Assembly (NCBI GenBank): GCA_000004985.1
Contig: GG738868.1
Reading direction: 5' to 3' (one strand)
Length of the DNA: 64,000 bases
Source: Naegleria gruberi
Lineage: Eukaryota
Shown here: in pieces, positions 35,507-44,659 of the stretch
How positions within the stretch are numbered: position 1 is the stretch's first letter
Layout: each line of letters starts with the position of its first letter
Made by a program: the position numbers and the translations under genes
Notes under the pieces: generated by a model
What the model was told of the DNA's origin: nothing
The model's input: only the letters and a program-made list of their open reading frames with translations
Database searches by the model: none

Positions 35507-37303
35507 ATGAGGCGTATGTTTCAAGTATACTTGACACAATACTTGCGTGCCTTGGAGGATAATGAAGATGAGGAGGAAGTAGATGCAAATCAAATGTTAG
35601 ATGATGACGATGAAAACGGAGGTAATGATAATATGAGTGATGATGATGATGACGATGACTCTGATGATGAGGAAACTTTACAACCTGTAATATTGACACG
35701 TGGAGGTGGAAGGACTTCATCTCGATTGAGTACACGATCTGCTCAATCACGTCTTAGAGAAGAGGAAAAGGAAAAACAATTCCAGGATAAATTAAGTGAA
35801 TTACTGAAAACCCTCAATGAACACGATATTGCTCAAACCATTAGAGCACATACAGGGCAATACTGCAAAAATAGTGAGGAATTAGTAGAAAAAATTGAAA
35901 AGATTAATTATTATAGTGGTGTAAATTATACTCAAAAGAAGGGATTAATCTACCAATTGCATAGAAGAAAGATTGGTAACTGTACAAATGGAGCCCTTCA
36001 TAGAAATACAGCCTTAACATCGCCCAGTGACTTGCCAAGCATGGCCTCACGTTTCTTGCCCTCTCTTAATAGAGGGCCAATTGGGAAATCTGAAGCTTAC
36101 ATGTTTTGTGGACAATTCTCTCTGGATGGAAAATTTTTCATGAGTGCCTCTCAAGACCAAGTTATTCGAATCTATGATGTAAATACTATTCTCCTCAAAA
36201 AATCTACAATATCAACCGCAAGTAAACCAAACAATGACAGTCAGTCGTCAAGAATGGAGGATGATGACGTTTGGGACTCTGAGGATGATGAAGAAAATTC
36301 AACAAACGATCAAACAGATTTTGGAAATAATTCAACTGTGAAACATATTCGAGAAATCCATGCTAGAGATGTTGGATGGAGTATTATTGATTGTAATCCA
36401 TCCCCAGATAATAAGTTATTAGTGTACAGTAGTTGGAGTCCATATATTCATTTGGCAACCTTTGCTCCTCAGGATTATGATCCAAATGAAGATATTGATA
36501 AGAGACTCAAATATATAGAAAAGCATGAACAATTATATCTCAATCCAGGAAATTACAGATTTTGTGCTTTTGCTGTTCGTTTCAGTCCTGATGGAAAGGA
36601 AATCCTGGCAGGTTCTAACGATGACCATCTCTATATTTATGATTTGGAGAAGAATGTAAGAACTGAAAAAATACATGCTCACAAATCTGATATTAACACT
36701 GTATGTTATGCAGGCTCATCATGTCCAAACCTATTCTATTCTGGCAGTGACGATGGATTATGTAAGGTTTGGGATAGACGTCAGTGCTCAACATCATCCT
36801 CAACACCTGTAGGTATATTGGCAGGCCACTCTGATGGTATTACATGTGTCACTTCAAAAGGAGATGGCAGATATTTTATCAGTAATGGTAAAGATCAAAC
36901 CTGCAAGTTGTGGGACATTAGAAAGATGGCTGACTCTGCCCCACAAATTCCAAGAGCAAGTAATTTATGGGACTACAGATATGAAGCTGCTCCTTCACGA
37001 CATGCCAGAGTGATACACCCACATGATCAATCCTTAATGACCTACACTGGTCATCACGTCCTGCAAACCTTGATTAGATGCTACTTTAGTCCAATGAGTA
37101 CCACCGGACAACAGTACATTTATACAGGTAGTCATGATGGTATTGTATACATTTTCGATATTCTAACTGGACAAATAGTCAAACGACTTTATGGACATTC
37201 TCACATTGTCAGAGATGTCAATTGGCACCCATATTTACCTGTTTTGTTCTCTTCCTCTTGGGACGGCACATGTTTAATGTGGTCTCACAATAATCTTAAT
37301 TAA
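35507..37303 (+). CDS. WD40-repeat protein, DCAF11/WDR23 (LEC14B)-like
   Basis: 598-aa single ORF with acidic N-terminus (DDDENGGNDNMSDDDDDDDSDDEE) and WD repeats (AGSNDDHLYIYDLEKN, SGSDDGLCKVWDRR, SNGKDQTCKLWDIRK, SSSWDGTCLMWS). Confidence 0.7.
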   Translation: MRRMFQVYLTQYLRALEDNEDEEEVDANQMLDDDDENGGNDNMSDDDDDDDSDDEETLQPVILTRGGGRTSSRLSTRSAQSRLREEEKEKQFQDKLSELLKTLNEHDIAQTIRAHTGQYCKNSEELVEKIEKINYYSGVNYTQKKGLIYQLHRRKIGNCTNGALHRNTALTSPSDLPSMASRFLPSLNRGPIGKSEAYMFCGQFSLDGKFFMSASQDQVIRIYDVNTILLKKSTISTASKPNNDSQSSRMEDDDVWDSEDDEENSTNDQTDFGNNSTVKHIREIHARDVGWSIIDCNPSPDNKLLVYSSWSPYIHLATFAPQDYDPNEDIDKRLKYIEKHEQLYLNPGNYRFCAFAVRFSPDGKEILAGSNDDHLYIYDLEKNVRTEKIHAHKSDINTVCYAGSSCPNLFYSGSDDGLCKVWDRRQCSTSSSTPVGILAGHSDGITCVTSKGDGRYFISNGKDQTCKLWDIRKMADSAPQIPRASNLWDYRYEAAPSRHARVIHPHDQSLMTYTGHHVLQTLIRCYFSPMSTTGQQYIYTGSHDGIVYIFDILTGQIVKRLYGHSHIVRDVNWHPYLPVLFSSSWDGTCLMWSHNNLN

Positions 37304-38330
37304 CCAAGTGTTAATGAAATTCTTCACTACTCCCATATAAAAAACTAAATTATTCTTCTATGACATTACAATTTTGAATTAACAACAATTAATTGATCAA
37401 TCTAAAACAGCAAAACAACGAGGTTGATAGAACGTTGCAATTAATGTGATGAAGAATTTGATTAAGAAACATCTGTAATCCATGTAATCACATTGAATCT
37501 TGTAACCTTCATTGTATTAAGATTTGCATTAGAATTGATCAAGAAATGTTCATGTAGCGTATTGGCTACTTTTGAATCAGACTTGCCTTCTCAATTCCCG
37601 TACTTGAAGTGAACACGTTATTGAAGATCTTTAATTTTTATTAAGGAAAATTTTTATCAAAAAAAACTTGTCCTACTGTTTGATTACAGGGTTTTTCCAA
37701 AAGTAATTTCTCCTTACTTTTATGGATCTGATACAGCAAACAAACACTTCAATCACCCTCAAGTATGATTGCAAGTTATTTTTAATGTTGAACAAACTCT
37801 CACTCCCTGTCAACTCCTCTCAAAATCCACATAAAAGATTAAGAGAGATGAGAGTATCACCTCCAATAAGACTTCATATCACTTGTCCAGCTAGAGATTT
37901 GTTCCAAAAAACTCAATTACAAAACCTTTAGTAGAAGATTTTTCATGAGAACAATTCGTAGTTCACTACACAACTTAAAATATAGCCATTATTGTATCCG
38001 TAAATGCCAAACCTCAAATATCTCTCACTGAAAGAGTCTCCCATATCTCCAAACCAGTTATGTTTTCTTCCTTATTCATCAGAAGAGTTTTTTTCAATTT
38101 GCCTACTCACTGTTCGTCTGGTCTCAACAAGGAGTCTAAGAGCGCATCGTCGCGTGGATCCCTTACAGTATATTAGAGGTTCGACGAATATTATATTCAT
38201 GAGACCGAACAAAGCTACATTATTTTAAAACAAAAACACCACAACAAAAAAAAACCTCAAAATACCCAACTCTAAGAGAGATTAAAACAACAACCCGATA
38301 TCACTCACTACCACAAACAAACCCTCAGAA

Positions 38331-39005
38331 ATGTTATTTCAACTGAATTGGAGAAAGAAGGAACAAACAGGCAAGGATTCTACCTCAGCAAGTTCGACAC
38401 CTACTAATGTATCGATAGGTGGAGGAAGATCAAGAAGTGTTAGCGCACCTATGGAATATAACCCAGACTCGAAAGAACACAGATTGCGAATCATCTTTAA
38501 TATGTTTGATGGAAATAATGATGGAAAGCTTACAGCAGAAGAAGTTAAGGACTTTTTGTCATCCGTATACGATAAAAAGTACATTGAAAACTTATCCTCG
38601 ACATGGAATTTGAGCAAGGGTTTGACCTTTAAGGAATTCCTAGAAATTTGCGGCAGAACCGAACAAGAAACAGAAAATGATGAAAAACAACAAGAATCAT
38701 CGGGATCAAATACATTTTGGAAGTTTAAACCATTTAGTGCTTTGAAGAAGAAGGATAAGGAGCAAGAAATTGTTCTGTCTCAAGATTTTGATGAAAATGA
38801 ATTAAGGAGAGCTTTTGAAGAAGTTTTTGATACAAATCGAGATGGTGTTCTCACCAAGAATGAATTTAAAAAGGTTTTGAAAAATCTCAGAATTGGTGAA
38901 GCATTTAACGATGAAGAAATTGAACAATTGTTTGATTCTGTAGTGACGAATAATGTACTCAAATTTGAACACTTTATGGCTTTATTGAAAGATATTACTA
39001 ATTAA
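38331..39005 (+). CDS. EF-hand calcium-binding protein
   Basis: 224-aa ORF with EF-hand loops FDGNNDGKLTAEEV and FDTNRDGVLTKNEF. Confidence 0.75.
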   Translation: MLFQLNWRKKEQTGKDSTSASSTPTNVSIGGGRSRSVSAPMEYNPDSKEHRLRIIFNMFDGNNDGKLTAEEVKDFLSSVYDKKYIENLSSTWNLSKGLTFKEFLEICGRTEQETENDEKQQESSGSNTFWKFKPFSALKKKDKEQEIVLSQDFDENELRRAFEEVFDTNRDGVLTKNEFKKVLKNLRIGEAFNDEEIEQLFDSVVTNNVLKFEHFMALLKDITN

Positions 39006-39052
39006 TCATCTAGGTTTTGTAAATTATAAATGTACATTAAAATAAATTAAAA

Positions 39053-40267
39053 CTATCTATTCTTTTCGAAAACAACTTTCCCTAATAAAAAGTCAACTAG
39101 TTTCTGAACTGTTGCCTTTCCACGAAGGCAATTTACATCCGTTATATGACTTTCCTCACTTTCATTGTCCTTAATTTGGAATTGAATAGTATTATTTCTC
39201 TTCTTGATTGTGACAATATCAAAATCCATCTCTGCAAGTTCCTTCTCCGAAATAAATGATTTGTTCTTTGAACGTTTTGATGAAGAGGATTGAGATGTTG
39301 GTGGTGGAATTTCAATGTCATTATCTTCTGGTTCGATCATTTGATTTTTCTTAGAGGAGGATGATCTTGTTGAGCTAGCTTCATCATCACTACTGAAAAC
39401 CATTGTATCACTTGGTGTGGATTTTACAGAACTACTTGAAGGTAATGAAGAGGTCTTGCTTACCACAACCTTCTTATAGGATGTTGTTGATTTGTTATAC
39501 TTGGAAATGAATTTGAATGGCACTTCATTCTCTGGTTCCCAAGTATTAATTGGAAAATCTCTCCACTGCACTAAATATTCTGTCGAATTTTTGTATTTTC
39601 TTGAATTTAGAACCTTGTCATGCACAAATTTACACTGTCCTCGTTTATATTCACTGCTAAAGTTTGGATAAATATCATTCTCAAACTTGTTCAGCATTTC
39701 TGTAAGCTTTTCCAAGTGTGCATGAGGTTCCCATGAAGAATCTTTAATTGACCAATGTTTCCACTTTACAAGATAGTTTGCTTTTGAATTCTTTGTTTTT
39801 TTCAACAGAATAGCTTCCACCTCATACTCATCCTCAGCTTGATCGGAATCTTCATCCTCTTCTGCTTCCTCAGATTGAATTTGTTTACTTCTCTTTTTAT
39901 CAATCATTCTCCTAGTAGGTTTTGATTCGGATGATGGTTCACTCTTAGATTTAGAACTGCTACTTCTAGTAACTCTCTTAGTGGATGATTCCTCCTCCTC
40001 CTCACCATCATCATCATCTGAATCTTTTTTTCTCCTCTTTGGAGTTGTTATTGCTGTTGGTGTTGATTTATCATTCAAGTCTCTCTTTCTTTTACTCCCA
40101 GAATCAGATTGTTCATCATCACTTTCTGGAATTGTTTGTTTAGATGATGATCCGCTACCACTACTACTACCCACACCACCTGATGATGATGACGATGCTG
40201 CAAACGATGAAGTGATGGGATCGCTGTCATACTCCTCATCCATATTGACTTCACGAGAGAGTCGCAT
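39053..40267 (-). CDS. chromodomain protein with two chromo-like domains
   Basis: 404-aa ORF. EYEVEAILLKKTKNSKANYLVKWKHWSIKDSSWEPHAHL (chromodomain) and a second chromo/chromo-shadow-like EYLVQWRDFPINTWEPENEV. Flanked by Ser- and acidic-rich low complexity. Confidence 0.65.
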   Translation of the reverse strand: MRLSREVNMDEEYDSDPITSSFAASSSSSGGVGSSSGSGSSSKQTIPESDDEQSDSGSKRKRDLNDKSTPTAITTPKRRKKDSDDDDGEEEEESSTKRVTRSSSSKSKSEPSSESKPTRRMIDKKRSKQIQSEEAEEDEDSDQAEDEYEVEAILLKKTKNSKANYLVKWKHWSIKDSSWEPHAHLEKLTEMLNKFENDIYPNFSSEYKRGQCKFVHDKVLNSRKYKNSTEYLVQWRDFPINTWEPENEVPFKFISKYNKSTTSYKKVVVSKTSSLPSSSSVKSTPSDTMVFSSDDEASSTRSSSSKKNQMIEPEDNDIEIPPPTSQSSSSKRSKNKSFISEKELAEMDFDIVTIKKRNNTIQFQIKDNESEESHITDVNCLRGKATVQKLVDFLLGKVVFEKNR

Positions 40268-40402
40268 TTTTTTTTGTGTTTTTTTTAAATTTTAAAAAAT
40301 ATTTTTCCGTGTAACGGAAATTGTTTTGAGAATCATTTTCAAACATTTACAGTTTTACTGAGGAATACATAATAAGAGATGATGAAAGGAATAAGGTGAT
40401 AA

Positions 40403-42196
40403 TTATTCTGAGAGATCTATGAGGGGAACGTTTAAAAAGTTCAATTGTTCAAAACAATGATCAAGACCATTGAGAATGGCTTGCTGTTTTTCTCTCAATT
40501 CTTCATTCGAAAGTTTTCCAATAAATTGTTCAATTCTGAAGGAAATCAAGTTTGAAACGTGTGGTAGGAGCATTACATATATGGGATATACAATATTTTT
40601 CATTTGATTGTAAACTGGTTTTTGAACTATTCCCATGTGAAAGAAAAAGTGTGAAAAGAGTTTTGAAAACTTACTAGAAGTGAAACTGCATGATTTTGTT
40701 GCATCTGAAAGAGTTGGCTCACAGAAAACATATAAATATAAATATCTTCTCAAACACTTATCAATTGCTCTGATTAAGAAACCATCCACTTTAAAAGTTC
40801 CTCTGTATGAATTTTTAAGTTTTGTTCTTTGAGATTCAAAATTTTTCATATACTCATTGGCATCATTGGGATTTGAAACACTTTCGAATAGCTTGGTAAC
40901 AGGTGTCTGAAGTAAATGTTCAACCTCACTCTTGGATGGGAACTTAGCCAATTGGTTACAAATGAATTCCTCACTAATTCCATTACCTTTGAAACTTTCA
41001 AATACATGTTTTGCGTACTTGTCAACTTGTGATTGAAAGTAAATTCTTGCGCTTGTACTTGGATTCACACATTTACTTCTTCTAAAGTGGTGATGAAAAA
41101 CTGTCTGGTCTTTCACATAGCCAATATAACTATCTAGTCCTAAATATCTTTCCAATAAGCCAGTAATCACGAATGAATAATATGTTTCATCAATGGAGGC
41201 ACAATAACTTTCAAACAATGATATCATCCTGTTAGAATCTCTTGGATAGACCAATGAATATTCCTCATCCGTTGAAACAATAGTACAATCAAATTCCTTC
41301 ACCTCAGAATCAATCTTATCCAATGGAACATGTGGATAAACCCTAAAAGATGGTCCTGGCAACCCTGTCTCCATACTAAAATCCACATATGGAAGTGAAT
41401 GTATACCCTCTTGTTCCTCTCTCAAAAATCTATCTTTACCAGAATATCCTCTCGAAAACAGAAAATAGGCAGAACATGGACAACTGCTCTTAAAATTCAA
41501 ATCAGTTACCAAATTCTTGAATAGCCTCTTAATGCTCTTGTTTGGTAGATTAACTTGATTGATAATATCCATTAAGAATGTGTTGTTAGTATTTCCTAAT
41601 TGTCTTGTTTCAGTCAACAAGTAGAAAAGTTTGAATATTTTCAAATAGATGGAATATTGTACTCTGTGATATTTGAAACTGGATAACGAATTCTGATTCC
41701 ATGTATATTCAGAATTGAAATTAGTTTCACAAAACATGTGATCCATGATGATTGAGCTCATAAAATGAACCATTTGACTTTTACAACTTATCTTGACAAT
41801 ATTAAAATCCCTTTCTTCCACTTTTCTAACAGTATTCGAAAATAAGTCCTTAAACCAAAACGAATCATCTTTCAAAAAGGTCCTTATTCTTTCCTCTCTC
41901 TCATCATTCCACAATTTCATCTGAATCCAATCCTCAATCAGTCCAATCAAGTTAGGATACATGTATTCAAATTGTTTTTTCCACAATTTTGAATTTTGTA
42001 AAATTAATTTTCTCATATTTCGATTCAAAATTGTAAAATTCATAATCAACTCTTTAGGATGAAAAAACTCTGCCATAAAATAACCAACAAAAAACTCAAC
42101 TCCAAAATCATTGATCATGAAAGAAAATTCGTTCTTTGCCTTCATACGATCGTTCACAACACTTGTTGGTGTTGTGTGGCATTGTTTTGAAGGCAT
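40403..42196 (-). CDS. hypothetical protein (597 aa), no recognised domain
   Basis: Long intronless minus ORF with coding-like composition. No motif I can assign. Confidence 0.4.
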   Translation of the reverse strand: MPSKQCHTTPTSVVNDRMKAKNEFSFMINDFGVEFFVGYFMAEFFHPKELIMNFTILNRNMRKLILQNSKLWKKQFEYMYPNLIGLIEDWIQMKLWNDEREERIRTFLKDDSFWFKDLFSNTVRKVEERDFNIVKISCKSQMVHFMSSIIMDHMFCETNFNSEYTWNQNSLSSFKYHRVQYSIYLKIFKLFYLLTETRQLGNTNNTFLMDIINQVNLPNKSIKRLFKNLVTDLNFKSSCPCSAYFLFSRGYSGKDRFLREEQEGIHSLPYVDFSMETGLPGPSFRVYPHVPLDKIDSEVKEFDCTIVSTDEEYSLVYPRDSNRMISLFESYCASIDETYYSFVITGLLERYLGLDSYIGYVKDQTVFHHHFRRSKCVNPSTSARIYFQSQVDKYAKHVFESFKGNGISEEFICNQLAKFPSKSEVEHLLQTPVTKLFESVSNPNDANEYMKNFESQRTKLKNSYRGTFKVDGFLIRAIDKCLRRYLYLYVFCEPTLSDATKSCSFTSSKFSKLFSHFFFHMGIVQKPVYNQMKNIVYPIYVMLLPHVSNLISFRIEQFIGKLSNEELREKQQAILNGLDHCFEQLNFLNVPLIDLSE

Positions 42197-42765
42197 TTTT
42201 TTGGTTGACTGAAGTTAGAGAGTTACAGTTTTGAGGCAAGAAATACTTCGATTAATGAAAACTGATTATTGCGATACTCCCGTTTAGATTGTCGTAGTGG
42301 AAGCAACAATTTCTAGTTCAAAACTGTGTGAAATCATCTAAAACATAATTTATATTTTTGTAATTTTTACTGTTAGTAAGATTGCTATAACAATACTGGA
42401 GGTTACTTGATTTAAGTGGTTTTCTTAGAATTGAATTGGTTGAACAGTTGTGGACAGTTTTATTGAGAAGTAAGAATGAGAAATGGTAACACCTCAATAT
42501 CTTCTCACTATCGAAAATGAAAGGATATTAGTTTACAACACTCCATGTAACTTCTGTAAAACCTTAACTGGACAATTACTATTCCATACCATCACCACCG
42601 TTTGACAGATAGGTGAATGACACCAGCTATATAACAATACTCTGAAGAACCAATTCATCAGAAGCAGTATTGATCTTGGTGTATCCCACAGACAGTAAGT
42701 AGTGAGAAATACATTGTAAAAATGTTGTAAGAGATGAGGTTTATGTCTAATGTACACAATCCACC

Positions 42766-43475
42766 TTGACTTTAAAGAAGATTGATGAATATGAAAGATA
42801 TATTTACGCTGTACTATTATCCCAACAAGTTTATTGCCCATTCTTGCCACATGTTCTCAAGTATGGTACTGATTATATGGAATTAGAAAAGTTGGAACAA
42901 ATGGATCACGAGAGCAACTGGGATCATGATCAATTGATTAGCCTACTTTTGGACGAGTCTTGTGCTTTGAAATATTTACATTCTATCAATACTATTCACA
43001 GAGATGTCGAACCAAACAATATCCTGTTGAGAACAGGGGAAGATGACTATTGCCTATGTGTTGATCGATTTCGGTTTATCCTGCCACTTTGAAAGAAAAG
43101 AAAACGGCTTGCTAAACAAACAAACAAATTTAATGATTAAGGAAAACTTGGGTACATCCATATTTAGAGCTCCAGAAGTTGCCAACCAAGAAAACTATTC
43201 AGAAAAAGTGGATATCTTTAGCTTGGGAATGACTGCAATGTATTTATTTGATTTTGAGAAAATGGAAAGAGAATTCAAGAAGAATAGAAAATGTAATTGG
43301 TCTGATCTTTTAGATGAATTAATATGGAAGAGTCCTTTAATGATATTACAGGACAAATGATCGATACAGACGTTACAAAAAGACCAACAGCTGTACAATT
43401 AAAGAAACTGCTTGATGATTTGAATGACAAAAATGTTATGCAAATAAATGATTTTTGAAATGGAGGATTATACAA
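42766..43475 (+). pseudogene. protein-kinase-like fragment with frameshift (lacks N-lobe)
   Basis: HRDVEPNNILL catalytic-loop remnant in one frame, then DFGLS ... APE ... DIFSLGMT in the +1 frame (shift near 43035-43050). No GxGxxG/VAIK region upstream. Too short a gap for an intron. Confidence 0.5.
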
Positions 43476-43692
43476 TAAAATGATTAAGAATTGCTTTCAT
43501 CCAACAAACGATGTCAGATATTCCTAACCAACACATTTGTTGTTTAAAACCGTAAGTGATTCATATAGTTTTTTACTGGAATTTGAATTTCTTTGAACAT
43601 GCTTGAGATACTTTGTAAATGTTTTCACAAATTTTTATTAGAATACTGTTTTGGATTGTATTACAAGTCAGTTAGATATGAACCAAGCTGTT

Positions 43693-44094
43693 TTATTGAA
43701 GCTGAAATGTTTCGTTTTGTTTGTTAAATGAGTATAGTCCTTTTTCTAATTGAATTTCTTCCTGGAAAAAGTTATCTTCCTTCCATGTCTTGATTCCAAA
43801 CATGAAAGATATTGAGGCTATGCCCATGAACACGACTCCCAACAATATCAGGATTAGGTAAGTATTTCCTCCTAACCCAACACAACTTCCTATTAGAAAT
43901 AAACTAATTGTACAAGAGAAACTGGGCACCATTTCTATCAAAATTGAAAAATGTGACTTTCTCAATGTAATTGGATTTTCCTCATGGTGTGTTTCATTCA
44001 TGTTCGTTATTAAAGTATTCGAAACTCTCCTCCCTTTTGCAAATTCTTCCTCGGCAATATCAGTCATTGAATCGGCATGTTTTCCTTCTTTCAT
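43693..44094 (-). CDS. hypothetical small 2-TM membrane protein
   Basis: 133-aa ORF with two hydrophobic helices. Weak evidence. Confidence 0.3.
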   Translation of the reverse strand: MKEGKHADSMTDIAEEEFAKGRRVSNTLITNMNETHHEENPITLRKSHFSILIEMVPSFSCTISLFLIGSCVGLGGNTYLILILLGVVFMGIASISFMFGIKTWKEDNFFQEEIQLEKGLYSFNKQNETFQLQ

Positions 44095-44370
44095 TCTTTA
44101 TTGTTTGAATAGTACCTGTCCTTCTTTACAACATTAAACCACTTTCGAATAAACGGGAAAATCCTTCTCGAGTAGGCCCGTCTGTGTTTTTTTAATAAGA
44201 AGTTTCTTATTGAAATTCCCAAGGTAAAATTAGATTTCTGACATTTTGCTTTGTCCGTTTAAGATAATCAATTCTTTGATTTGCCCATTAAGGACAAATT
44301 TCCAAAGACAAAATGTTGTATAAATAAGATTTTCAATATTCTTTCTGTTCATTGTAATTGGTAACTTAAT

Positions 44371-44489
44371 GACTACGGCCATATCACGATGAATGCACCT
44401 CATCCCTCCGATTTGAGAAGTTAAGCATCGTCGAGCCACATCAGTACTGAGGTTGGAGACAACTTGGGAACCTGTGGTGCTGTAGTCTT
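44371..44489 (+). rRNA. 5S ribosomal RNA gene (119 nt)
   Basis: GACTACGGCCATATCACGATGAATGCACC...TCCCTCCGATTTGAGAAGTTAAGC...GGTGCTGTAGTC. Conserved 5S blocks (GCCATA, GAAxGCACC, CCGATC-like, AAGTTAAGC, GGTGCTGTAG). Helix I pairs 5' GACUAC with 3' GUAGUC. Followed by a T-run (TCTTTTCTTTTTT), a Pol III terminator. Confidence 0.8.
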
Positions 44490-44659
44490 TTCTTTTTTAA
44501 GTTCATCACACATGCCATTCAACTTCTTAACTTCTTGTCTTTATTTTCAGTGAACAAAATGAAAGTGCAATAAACTTGTGAATAATCAAGGATTTTAAGA
44601 ACGAAGACTTTTTTTGTTCATGTTTTTTTCGCTTGTTAGTAAAATTGTTGCATGAAAAA

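Noticed and set aside
38100-38200. tRNA-like GC-rich segment (GGTCTCAACAAGGAGTCTAAGAGCGCATCGTCGCGTGGATCCC)
   Set aside because: It cannot be folded into a cloverleaf with proper acceptor and T arms. Probably 5' UTR of the EF-hand gene.
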